Shown here: positions 36,580 through 46,027 of the stretch, piece by piece | Numbering within the stretch: position 1 is the first letter of the stretch | Layout of the letters: the number at the start of each line of letters is the position of its first letter | NCBI RefSeq assembly: GCF_964188315.1 | Contig: NC_135663.1 | Span: forward strand, 682,001 to 746,000 | DNA length: 64,000 bases | Source: Podarcis muralis | Taxonomy: Eukaryota | Direction of reading: 5' to 3' | Made by a program: the position numbers and the translations under genes | The notes under the pieces: generated by a model | Seen by the model: the letters and a program-made list of their open reading frames with translations, nothing else | The model's database searches: none | Told to the model about the DNA's origin: nothing

Positions 36580-36699
36580 GTGCGCCTGGGAGGGGGCAGC
36601 GGCAGAGCTCAGCCTCTCCATCCCTGCGGAGCGTGCCCTTGCAGGGTGGGGAGGGGCAGCAATAGCAACGCCTTTTCCGTCTCTCTGTCCTCCCCGCAG

Positions 36700-36776
36700 C
36701 CACCAGCCCAGCAGCCCAGCTCCTGGAGCAAATGACCCGCCTGAAGTCACTGAGCGAAACCATCGACAAACTGAAG
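36700..36776 (+). CDS. DCTN1: DCTN1 exon 30
   Basis: ATSPAAQLLEQMTRLKSLSETIDKLK. Confidence 0.96.
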
Positions 36777-37136
36777 GTAACCGAGGCCTCTGGCTGTCAT
36801 CTCCTGTCCCGGGCAAGAGCCCTTCACGGTGGAGGGGGTGGGAGTGGCACTGGGGGCCCGAACCAGAGACTCTGCCCATTGGCAACGTGCCCAAGAGCAG
36901 GCTCTGTCTCTCTCGCTGGCAATAAGCTGCTCAGGGCCCTGTTCCCTGGAAGAAAGGGAGAGGCGACATCAGAGGTTGCTCAGAGAGGGGAGGGGGGGAC
37001 GTGAGAGCCCCCCAAGGCCGCTGCATGCTGCATGGTGGCTGTTCCAGGGCTATGTGGCTTCCTCTCCTGAGCAGCCGGGAGGGAAATACAGGGGGGGCTC
37101 AGGCTGGACGGCCCTGACCGCGCTTCCTTCCTGCAG

Positions 37137-37226
37137 GATGAAGTCCTGAAGGAGACTGTCCTCCAGCAGCCTGGAGCCAACGTCCTGACCGACTTTGGCA
37201 CCTTCCCCTCAGCCCCCTTCCTCAAG
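37137..37226 (+). CDS. DCTN1: DCTN1 exon 31
   Basis: [30 protein letters not shown]. Confidence 0.96.
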
Positions 37227-37323
37227 GTGAGCGCTTGGGCCTGGGCAGGGAAGCAGGGGGGGGGGAGGGAGTCCTCTTGGGCCGCCCCCCTGACTCTCCC
37301 GCCTGCTCTGCTTTCCCCTCCAG

Positions 37324-37461
37324 GCCAAAGAGGAGCAGAAGGACGACACCGTCTACATTGGCAAAGTGACCTTCCCCTGCCAGCCGGGCCACGGCCAGGT
37401 CCACAAACTGGTCCTGACGCCTGAGCAGCTGCACAAGCTCCACGCCCGCCTCATCTCCTAA
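37324..37461 (+). CDS. DCTN1: DCTN1 exon 32, coding part to TAA
   Basis: [17 protein letters not shown]...LHARLIS*. Confidence 0.97.
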   Translation, partial: AKEEQKDDTVYIGKVTFPCQPGHGQVHKLVLTPEQLHKLHARLIS

Positions 37462-38230
37462 GAGGGTCTCCCCCCCCCCCCGCCCCCTTCCGCCGCTGCC
37501 TCTCCTCCTACAAGATGCACACTAAATATGCAGGCTCTTGTTTGTGCAAGGCCCTCCTGGCACTGCCGACTCTCTGAACGACTTGTGTTTGTTCTGTGCC
37601 CTCCTCAAACTGGGCAGGCAACTCTGCCCGCAATGACCACTGTCCTCCTTCCCTGGTCTTACCCTCTCCCTTAGCGATGGCCACTGCTCCTTCGTGGCTC
37701 TCAGGCCAGGCTTTACTCCAATTTCAGATGCAGTCCGTTCTGCCCCAAGAGCTTCTCTGTGTGCTGTGGCTTTTCCCTCCCAGGCAACTGCCCCCCCTGC
37801 CAGCAAGGGAGAAGGGGAGGCACCCTGCTCGCCACCTGCCAGATGGGGAAGATGGAGGGAATGCCATCGCCAGATCCATGCCCTTTACCTGTTTCATCAG
37901 CACCTTCAGCTTCCCTCCTTCTGCTTCTGGGTGCAGCCCCAGACGGCCCAAGCATGGCAAGGGGTGTCTCTTCCCCTACCCTCTGGGTCTTCCTGGCCTT
38001 ACTGGGGCACTTGGTTAAGGGTGTTGGAGGTCTCTCTCTGCACACTTCATCTTGCAGCTCCACCCCTCTGGCCACAGCCCCTAAGTGCTCTTCTCTTCCT
38101 CTGCTGACTTCTGTGGGCTTCTGTGGTGTTGGGATACTTGGGGGCGAGGAGCCATTTGGAGCCTGGAGATCCACAAGCACTTTGAGGCAGAAACCTTCTT
38201 GCACGTTGATTCCTCGGAGCTCTTGAGATA

Positions 38231-38236
38231 AATAAA
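38231..38236 (+). terminator. Likely DCTN1 polyadenylation signal (second AATAAA at 38352)
   Basis: First AATAAA seen after the stop; GT-rich sequence downstream. Confidence 0.65.
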
Positions 38237-38458
38237 CTGAACTCTTAAACCAAGCTTGCACTGTGTGACATCGTTACTCATATGAGTTAGAGGGGCCTTT
38301 GAAAATAACTTCTTGTATTTTCCAAATTTAACAAGGAAAAATGGGGAAATGAAATAAAATTAAAGGGGGAAAGTAGAGTAATAATAATGTACAAATAGTA
38401 CCAAATAACAGTAAACTACCCAGTGGCCATTGGTGCACAAATATTACATTGAACATGT

Positions 38459-38814
38459 AAGGTAAAGGTAAAGGGACCCCTGACCATTAGGTCCAGTTGT
38501 GACCGACTCTGGTGTTGCGGCGCTCATCTCGCTTTATTGGCCGAGGGAGCCGGCGCACAACTTCTGGGTCATGTGGCCAGCATGGCTAAGCCGCTTCTGG
38601 AGAACCAGAGTAGCGCACGGAAACGCCGTTTACCTTCCCGCCAGAGTGGTACCTATTTATCTACTTGCACTATGACGTGCTTTCGAATTGCAAGGTTGGC
38701 AGGAGCAGGGACCGAGCAACGGGAGCTCACCCCGTCGCGGGGATTAGAAACCGCCGACCTTCTGATCAGCAAGTCCTAGGCTCTGGTTTAACCCGCAGCG
38801 CCACCCACGTCCCT
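38459..38814 (-). mobile_element. Sauria SINE (subfamily 1)
   Basis: Similar to 13160 copy; flanked by cattgaacatgt at 38447 and 38815. Confidence 0.9.
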
Positions 38815-38826
38815 CATTGAACATGT

Positions 38827-39190
38827 AAGGTAAAGGTACCGGTACCCCTGCCCGTACGGGCCAGTTTTGACAGACTCTAGGGTTGTGCGCCCATCTCACT
38901 CAAGAGGCCGGGGGCCAGCGCTGTCCGGAGACACTTCCGGGTCATGTGGCCAGCGTGACGAAGCTGCTCCGGCAACCAGCACCAGCGCAGCGCACGGAAA
39001 CGCCGTTTACCTTCCCGCCAGTAAGCGGTCCCTATTTATCTACTTGCACCCGAAGGTGCTTTCGAACTGCTAGGTTGGCAGGCACTGGGACCGAGCAACA
39101 GGAGCGCACCCCGCCGGGGGGATTCGAACCGCCGACCTTTCGATCGGCAAGCCCTAGGCGCTGAGGCTTTTACCCACAGCACCACCCGCG
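38827..39190 (-). mobile_element. Sauria SINE (subfamily 2)
   Basis: Reverse complement resembles the 829-1194 copy. Confidence 0.9.
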
Positions 39191-39975
39191 TCATGTAACT
39201 TGATATAAATGTAACTTGATATAAATCTCCCAGATGCCCAAAGAGGTATCCACATGAAATGGCTTCAGGTGCAGCCAAGGCAGTGAGAGGCTCAAAGCAG
39301 ACGTCTCTCAGCCACCATAAGGGCTCACAAAGCTCCCTTTGGTTTCCCGGTGTTGTAAACAAAATCTGCCCTTCTTCCCTTATGGGGGGTGTACAAGAGC
39401 CCTTTAGAGAGTCCTTTGTAGGTTCTCCATCGGCAGGAGAAAATAACAGAGGCCAAGCAGAGAATATTGAGAAGCAAAGCAGCTCATAAGCCTGATCTTT
39501 ATTGATCTGTTGCAACAGGGTGCTCCCCTCACAAGAAGGAAAGGAGGAGGAACCCAGAACAAAGGTGTGCCAGCCCTTATATAGACATTTAAATTTCTTG
39601 CCCTGGAGCTCAAGACCACCCCTCCATACATCATACATACATCACAGAAGGGGTGTAGCTCAATCCGCCCCCCACAAACATCAAACCTACATCATAGAAA
39701 AGGTGGTCTACAACAGAAATTTGAATGCTGTTGTTTTTCCTGTCTGCCAGTTTCTCTGATAATGCCTTTTCTGATTGACTTTCCTGGTAGTCTGCCCGTT
39801 CCTTTGAGATGGCGATTTCCCAATTCCTCACCCCCTCCCTCCTTGCAGAGAAAACATTTGGTCAGCTGGGGAGTCAAAATGGTTTCAGGACTGTCTTCCT
39901 GTGCTGCTCCAGACATGTGGTCCACATATCCATGTACCTGCCTGGTTGGTACATTTATGAACATTTATTATATAT

Positions 39976-40176
39976 AGAAGACTCCCTGGAAAAGACCCTG
40001 ATGCTGGGGAAGATGGAGGGCACAAGGAGAAGGGGACGACAGAGGACGAGATGGTGGGACAGTGTTCTCAAAGCGACCAGCGTGAGTTTGACCAAACTGG
40101 GAGGCAGTGGGAGACAGGAGTGCCTGGCGTGCTCTGGTCCAGGGGGTCACGAAGAGGAGGACACGACTAAACAAGA
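39976..40176 (+). mobile_element. RTE-BovB 3' fragment
   Basis: EDSLEKTLMLGKMEGTRRRGRQRTRW. Confidence 0.85.
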
Positions 40177-40215
40177 CCTTAATTTTTTTATTACACCGGC
40201 CATTAACCTCCTGCG

Positions 40216-40369
40216 CAGTGGCGTAGCGTGGGGGGTTCAGGGGGGGCCGGCCGAACCGGGTGCAACATCTGAGGGGGCGCTCGCACTCGCAGCTCTCTGC
40301 CCCTACCTGGTTAGGGGGCGCAAATTACTTGCCTTGCCCCGGGTGCTGACAACCCACGCTACGCCACTG
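40216..40369. mobile_element. hAT MITE, 154 bp
   Basis: Perfect 17-bp TIR cagtggcgtagcgtggg; perfect 8-bp TSD ctcctgcg (40208, 40370). Confidence 0.92.
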
Positions 40370-41028
40370 CTCCTGCGTCTGGAATGTAGTTGCAAAGCGC
40401 CTGAGCACCTGCAAAGAACAAGGACTTTGCCAATGGAGAAGGGTGGCGGCGAGTGGCAACTAACTGCGGGCGCCAAGCCTGATGCGCCTCTGGCCGAGCG
40501 CACGCCTCGTGTCTCCCGGGGGCATCCAGCCCCTCGGAGGAGCCCCGGGGATCAGGCCCCTCCGGAGAATACGATGCAGCCCAACGGACTGGAGATACAA
40601 GGCTTCGCTGAACCCGCCTCGGCCTGCCAGTTGGGGGGCTCCTTCGGGGCGCCCTCCTGGCGCTGCTTGCGCCCCCGCCTTGGAGGGGGTTGGTCTAGAT
40701 GACCTTTGGGGGTCCCTCCCAGCCCCGCCTTCCAGCCCTGCGAGCGGCGCCTCCTGCCGCGCCTGCGCCGAGTCCGAACCTCGTGGACTGATGGACGTCG
40801 AGGAGGCCGCCCTTGAGAGGAAGGGGCGGGACCTGCCGCCGCCTCCCATTGGCCGAGCGCACGACCGCCGCCGCCTCCTCGCCTTCCCATTGGCGGGCCT
40901 CGCGGAGGGGCGGGGAGGGGAAGCGGAAGGGGCGGGTCCGGTGGGCCCTCGACGTCCTTCCGGAGCGCGAGGCCTGCGCGGCCCAGTCGGGCGAGAGACG
41001 CGGAGGAGGCGGCGGCGGCGGCGGCGCC

Positions 41029-41031
41029 ATG
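41029..41031 (+). CDS. NOP56: NOP56 exon 1, coding part is the ATG only
   Basis: gccATG|gtgagg; same structure as human. Confidence 0.9.
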
Positions 41032-41126
41032 GTGAGGAGCGGGAGGGAGCCGGGGGGGGGGGGCGGGCGCGGGTCTCCCTCGGGTCGGACTTGACTGACG
41101 GCGCGTCTCCTTCCCCCCCCGCGCAG

Positions 41127-41216
41127 GTCCTCCTTCACGTCCTCTTCGAGCACGCGGCCGGCTACGCGCTCTTCGCCCTCCGGCAGGTGGAGGAGGTGGC
41201 TCTGCTGCTGCCCCAG
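41127..41216 (+). CDS. NOP56: NOP56 exon 2
   Basis: VLLHVLFEHAAGYALFALRQVEEVALLLPQ. Confidence 0.96.
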
Positions 41217-41280
41217 GTGAGCGAGGGGGGAGGGCAGGGGGGCCGGGCCGGGCCTTGGGGGGGCCGCATACCCCCCCCCG

Positions 41281-41357
41281 GGGCGCCCTGATGACCCTCC
41301 GTCGGAATCTGTCAATCCTCTGACTCGGATGATGCCACGTGTGGACTCTGAGCGCCC
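41281..41357 (+). ncRNA. SNORD110: C/D snoRNA, SNORD110-type copy 1 (18S Um1288 guide)
   Basis: Stem gggcgc/gcgccc; C box 41289-41294; guide AATCTGTCAATCC; D' 41320; D 41348. Confidence 0.85.
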
Positions 41358-41750
41358 GGGGGAAAGACACGTGCGCCTGGCCAGGGCCCAGCGGGGAGGC
41401 CTTTGCGGCCACGGGAGAACAACTCGCGAGTAGGCCCGGCGGGATCAGAGGGAGGGCCGCGCGGCGGTGGGTTTCAATAGGTTTCCCCCCCCCCCCTCCA
41501 TATGGCTTTCTTCGATGGGATCTGCACGCACGGCCCCTTTTTGTTCACTTGCACCAGTAAAGAGGAATATTCGGTAGGTTTTGGCATAGATTTGCATAGA
41601 TTAGAGCGATCTCGCCCCCAGCAACAAAATTCCACCATCCCAAAGCACGTGGCTGCTCCCGCCATCTTGGTCTTGGGGGGGAGGAGGAGGCATCGTGGAT
41701 TGATTCAGTGCAGGGCAAAAGCAGGCCATGTGCTCTTGGCGGTTCTGCAG

Positions 41751-41865
41751 GTGGAGGAGAGCGTCCTGAATCTCGGCAAGTTCCTCACGGTGGTCAAACT
41801 CGTGGCCTTTTCCCCCTTCAAGTCTGCCCAGAGTGCCTTGGAAAACATCAATGCCATCTCCGAAG
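41751..41865 (+). CDS. NOP56: NOP56 exon 3
   Basis: [11 protein letters not shown]...ENINAISE. Confidence 0.96.
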
Positions 41866-41959
41866 GTGAGCAGCGCCCAGATTCCTTCCTCTTGGCTCAG
41901 ATTCTGCTCTGTTCCGTAAGACGCCCCACTGAGTCTTGTCTTTCTCTTGCCCGGTCCAG

Positions 41960-42121
41960 GGATCCTCCATGAGGATCTCCGTCTTCTCCTCGAGACGAAC
42001 TTGCCGGCCAAAAAGAAGAAGGTCGTTGTGGGGGTCAGCGATGCTAAAATCGGGGCTGCCATCCAGGAAGAGCTGGGCTTCCAGTGCCAGGCTGGAGGTG
42101 TCGTGGCTGAGATCACCCGAG
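41960..42121 (+). CDS. NOP56: NOP56 exon 4
   Basis: [16 protein letters not shown]...VAEITR. Confidence 0.96.
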
Positions 42122-42254
42122 GTAAGTCTGTGGAAAGGGCAACAGGAATGGGAAGAACTGTTTTCTGTAGAAGGATGAGGTGTTTGGAGAGTGTTTCTCT
42201 GCCAGCGCTTGGCAGGGCTGAACCCCCTTTCTTCTGTCTTCTCCCTCCGCCCAG

Positions 42255-42453
42255 GTATCCGGTTGCATTTCCACAGTTTGATCAAAGGTCTGACAGCGCA
42301 GTCCGCCTCCAAGGCTCAGCTGGGACTGGGGCATAGCTACTCTCGGGCCAAAGTGAAGTTCAACGTGAACCGGGTGGATAACATGATCATCCAGTCCATC
42401 AGCCTCTTGGATCAGCTAGACAAGGACATTAATACCTTCTCCATGCGGGTCAG
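42255..42453 (+). CDS. NOP56: NOP56 exon 5
   Basis: GIRLHF...[25 protein letters not shown]...FSMRV. Confidence 0.97.
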
Positions 42454-42498
42454 GTGAGGGGTCTCTGGTGCTTTTGAGAGATGTTCTGGCCAAAGTGG

Positions 42499-43090
42499 AT
42501 CCTTCTGGGCTGCATCAATAGGAGTATAGCATCTAGATCAAGGGAAGTATAGTGCCACTGTATTCTGCTCTGGTCAGACCTCACCTGGAGTACTGTGTCC
42601 AGTTCTGGGCACCACAGTTCAAGAAGGACACTGACAAACTGGAACGTGTCCAGAGGAGGGCAACCAAAATGGTCAAAGGTCTGGAAACGATGCCTTATGA
42701 GGAACGGCTAAGGGAGCTGGGCATGTTTAGCCTGGAGAAGAGGAGGTTAAGGGGTGATATGATAGCCATGTTCAAATATATAAAAGGATGTCACATAGAG
42801 GAGGGAGAAAGGTTGTTTTCTGCTGCTCCAGAGAAGCGGACACGGAGCAATGGATCCAAACTACAAGAAAGAAGATTCCACCTAAACATTAGGAAGAACT
42901 TCCTGACAGTAAGAGCTGTTTGACAGTGGAATTGGCTGCCAAGGAGTGTGGTGGAGTCTCCTTCTTTGGAGGTCTTTAAGCAGAGGCTTGACAACCATAT
43001 GTCAGGAGTGCTCTGATGGTGTTTCCTGCTTGGCAGGGGGTTGGACTCGATGGCCCTTGGGGTCTCTTCCAACTCTATGATTCTGATTCT
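42499..43090 (+). mobile_element. Young CR1 LINE 3' fragment in NOP56 intron 5
   Basis: [19 protein letters not shown]...YEERL; near-identical to 33711-34173 over their overlap. Confidence 0.93.
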
Positions 43091-43098
43091 TCCTCACA

Positions 43099-43238
43099 GT
43101 CTCCCTATGCTTACCACAGGCAGCGTCACCACACATGCTGACTGTATAGAAACGGGAGATAGAGAATCGATAGCCCTGCGTATACACCACAGCCAGGCCG
43201 ACTTTCCCCTGAGCTGTATTGTTAGTACGGGTACAAAA
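43099..43238 (+). ncRNA. SNORA51: H/ACA snoRNA SNORA51
   Basis: TGCTTACCACAGGC, CTGACTGTATAGAAA, TATACACC and CTGTATTGT match recalled human SNORA51; H box 43161-43166; ACA 43233-43235. Confidence 0.88.
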
Positions 43239-43351
43239 AAACCACACACCCAAGATCCCGGAGCCTTTTCTAAACTTGGAGCCGGGTAACACTCTGCTTG
43301 GAGAGGCTGTGGGTGCTCTGTCCTGACTGTGCCTCCTCTTCCCCCTGGCAG

Positions 43352-43539
43352 AGAGTGGTACGGATATCATTTCCCTGAGCTGATCAAGATCGTGAGTGAC
43401 AACTACACCTACTGCCGCCTCACCAAGCTCATTGGGAACCGGAAGGAGCTGAGTGAGGAGAGCCTGGAGGCCTTGGAAGAAATCGTCATGGACAGTGCCA
43501 AGGCTCAGGCTATCCTGGAGGCCTCCCGCTCATCCATGG
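43352..43539 (+). CDS. NOP56: NOP56 exon 6
   Basis: [10 protein letters not shown]...EASRSSM. Confidence 0.97.
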
Positions 43540-43860
43540 GTCAGTAGGGGCGGGGTGGGGCCTTGGGTATGCCAGGTGAACAAAGGTGCTGAACCGCGGC
43601 TCTTGCACAGTTTTTTTATTTCAAGCAGCTCATCTACTTGGTCTTGAGTCTTTCTGGTGCTAATGTCCGTTTTCAGTTCCTTTGTTTTAAATTTGATGCA
43701 TGCAACAATTTGTAATAACTTCATCCGGATCCTTTTTAGGCTGCTGTTAACAAGGGCCCGCTTTTTAAGAGAAGCTGCACTGCGGAGGGAGGTTAGGAGT
43801 GTGGCCCGGTTCTCCTTTCTGCCTCCTCTGTGTTCTGATGTGCCTCCCTCCTCCCTACAG

Positions 43861-44012
43861 GGATGGATATCTCTCCCATTGACCTCATCAACATCGAGAG
43901 CTTCTCCAGCCGCGTCATCTCTCTCTCCGAGTATCGCAAAGGCCTGCAGGAGTATCTGCGCTCCAAGATGAGCCAGGTGGCTCCCAGCCTCTCAGCTCTG
44001 ATTGGAGAAGTG
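43861..44012 (+). CDS. NOP56: NOP56 exon 7
   Basis: [12 protein letters not shown]...LSALIGEV. Confidence 0.97.
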
Positions 44013-44076
44013 GTAAGTGGCTGCCGTGTGTGTAGAGAGAGGAACCCCCTGTCCGTCCGTCCCATTCTCACTGGCT

Positions 44077-44150
44077 ACAGATATGATGTGCAATGTGAAT
44101 CTGTCAATCCACTGAGCTCTTGTGCTGACACCCTCTCACTGCTGATCTGT
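44077..44150 (+). ncRNA. SNORD110: C/D snoRNA, SNORD110-type copy 2
   Basis: Stem acaga/tctgt; C box ATGATGT at 44083; same guide at 44098-44110; D' 44112; D 44142. Confidence 0.82.
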
Positions 44151-44420
44151 GCCGGAGTGGAGTTTTAAGCATTGTAACGTTTTGCATATGCAACGTTAGC
44201 TGGTTGCTGAGCAAGGCCTAGGGCAGCTCCCATGGTTTGGGCCACTAGTGCAGGTGGATGCTTCGGACTTTTCTACCTTCCTGTTTGGGGCTCAGCAAAC
44301 CCCGAGCCCCTTGCGCAGCCTGGGAAGCAATTTGTCTCCTGGGCACAATTGTGGGTCTGGCTGCTGCTCTCTGAGGCGGCTGCGCCACATGATTGCCTTG
44401 CCTGTCTCCTTTCCCCGCAG

Positions 44421-44521
44421 GTGGGCGCCCGCCTCATCTCCCACGCTGGCAGCCTGACCAACCTGGCCAAGTATCCAGCTTCCACAGTGCAGATCCTGGG
44501 TGCAGAGAAGGCTCTCTTCAG
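44421..44521 (+). CDS. NOP56: NOP56 exon 8
   Basis: [33 protein letters not shown]. Confidence 0.97.
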
Positions 44522-44536
44522 GTACAGCTGCAGGGC

Positions 44537-44637
44537 GGCCGCAGTGATGGCAGGCTCCTGGGGTGCTGGGCTTGATGTGCTGGTCAAGTCCCATTGGCCG
44601 CATGTGTGATGGGCTGGCCCCCAGCCTCTGAGCGGTC
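44537..44637 (+). ncRNA. SNORD86: C/D snoRNA SNORD86
   Basis: Intron 8; stem ggccgc/gcggtc; C box GTGATGG 44544; C' GTGATGG 44606; D 44628; both GTGATGG boxes match recalled human SNORD86. Confidence 0.8.
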
Positions 44638-44827
44638 ACCCGGGCCATTCCCTTTCCCCTCCATCCGGTAGGTTAGCTATTTCAGGCTTGGCCTGCGATG
44701 GTTGGACACAGCTGGGAGGAGGGAGACAAGCCGCGGTTGGTGTGTTGGAGGCTTAATTTGTGGGTCTCGAGGTGATTCTCTTCCTCTGCCAATTGTCTTG
44801 GTGAACCTTGCCCCCTCTTTCCCGCAG

Positions 44828-44976
44828 AGCCTTGAAGACTCGGGGAAACACCCCCAAATATGGCTTGATCTTCCACTCCACTTTCATTGGCCGAGCAGCT
44901 GCCAAGAACAAGGGCCGGATCTCCCGCTACCTGGCCAACAAGTGCACAATTGCATCCCGCATTGACTGCTTCTCAG
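44828..44976 (+). CDS. NOP56: NOP56 exon 9
   Basis: [21 protein letters not shown]...RIDCFS. Confidence 0.97.
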
Positions 44977-45030
44977 GTGAGGAGTCAGGGCCTGGCCTAT
45001 CTCTGTATGGAGCTGGACAAGCGGCCAAGC

Positions 45031-45109
45031 AGCTTTGCTATGATGGTTACATTTTTCGTCAACAGCATTTCACCCAGTGAATGGTGACGCATCAAGGCTG
45101 AGCGAAGCT
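45031..45109 (+). ncRNA. SNORD56: C/D snoRNA SNORD56 (18S Cm517 guide)
   Basis: C box ATGATGG 45040; ATTTTTCGTCAACAGC; D 45098; 8-bp terminal stem. Confidence 0.92.
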
Positions 45110-45231
45110 TGCTGGGGGTGGCCGTGGGGTGGAGGGGAGAGTGGGTGACGTACTGCCGCCCTTCTCTGGGTTGTGGCCATGTAGAGCAGGTGCCCTCGGA
45201 GTCACGCATTCCTGTCTGTGTTTTTTTGCAG

Positions 45232-45341
45232 AGACCCCGACCTGCGTCTTTGGAGACAAGCTTCGAGAGCAGGTGGAGGAGCGCCTGGCCTTCTACGAGA
45301 CGGGGGAGCCTCCACGCAAGAACCTTGACGTCATGAAGGAG
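45232..45341 (+). CDS. NOP56: NOP56 exon 10
   Basis: [19 protein letters not shown]...NLDVMKE|gtgggc. Confidence 0.9.
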
Positions 45342-45399
45342 GTGGGCAATGGGCTGTGGAGCCGGGGTGGGAGGGCAGAGGGGCTGCCCCATAGCAGTC

Positions 45400-45477
45400 G
45401 CTGGATGTGATGAAATGACCTAAGCCTGACCTATCCACCGGTGGAGGCAAAAGCTGATTTAATGAGTCTGATTCAGC
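45400..45477 (+). ncRNA. SNORD57: C/D snoRNA SNORD57 (18S Am99 guide)
   Basis: C box GTGATGA 45407; guide CTGATTTAATGAG; D 45468; stem gctgga/ttcagc. Confidence 0.92.
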
Positions 45478-45551
45478 CTTTTGCTGCTGCTGCAAACAAC
45501 TGAGGGTGCGTGTGCTGGTGCTGACCACTTTCTCTCTCTCCGCATTCCCAG

Positions 45552-45689
45552 GCCACAGAGGTGGCTGCCGAAATGAAGAAGAAGCTGTTGAAGAAAGAGA
45601 AGAAGAAAAAGAAGCGAGAGAAGAAGCGGCTGGAAGCCCTGGAGGCCGCAGAGGAAATGGAGAACTCCACACTCGAGACGACAGCTGAG
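45552..45689 (+). CDS. NOP56: NOP56 exon 11
   Basis: ATEVAAEMKKKLLKKEKKKKKREKKRL...; 138 nt, in frame. Confidence 0.9.
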
Positions 45690-45817
45690 GTGAGAAGCCC
45701 CTTTGGGGAGCCGGCGGTTGGTTGTAGGGTTGGGCATAGCAGGAGCTGAGGGTCTGTGATAGACAGAGCTGTGCGCATCCTCCATTCTCTTCTCTCTCCC
45801 CTATAAATTAATCTCAG

Positions 45818-46027
45818 GAAAATGATGTCACGCCCAAGAAAAAGAAAAAGCGAAAGCACCAGGAAGAGGAGGACGTGGAGCCGTCTGAGAACGGCCTGGA
45901 GGAGGAAGAGGTCTCCCCCAAAAAGAAGAAGAAGCTGGGCCTTGTGGAGACGCCCCACCCAAAGGGGAAAAAGACAAAGAAGAAAAAGGCCAGAATGGAG
46001 GAAGACGAGGAGGAGGAGGAGGACTAG
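45818..46027 (+). CDS. NOP56: NOP56 exon 12 to TAG (total 538 aa)
   Basis: K/E-rich tail ENDVTPKKKKK...EEEEED*. Confidence 0.88.
   Translation, partial: ENDVTPKKKKKRKHQEEEDVEPSENGLEEEEVSPKKKKKLGLVETPHPKGKKTKKKKARMEEDEEEEED

Larger units (their letters stand above)
40430..41470 (+). promoter_or_regulatory. NOP56 CpG-island promoter
   Basis: Dense CpG; reverse CCAAT boxes at 40848-40852 and 40889-40893; several GGGGCGGG boxes. Confidence 0.85.

Noticed and set aside
39809-41412. 297-, 269- and 286-aa ORFs around the NOP56 promoter
   Set aside because: Run through BovB, a MITE and a stop-poor CpG island; only 41127-41216 has homology
41032-41750. MIR1292 homolog in early NOP56 introns
   Set aside because: No convincing pre-miRNA hairpin recognised; the structured element in intron 2 is explained by SNORD110
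42170-42225. Degenerate C/D-like pair (ATGAGG...CTGA) in NOP56 intron 4
   Set aside because: Poor C box, no terminal stem, no recognisable rRNA guide
42552-42923. 123-aa ORF as a host gene
   Set aside because: CR1 ORF2 C-terminus lacking the reverse transcriptase core; truncated retroposon
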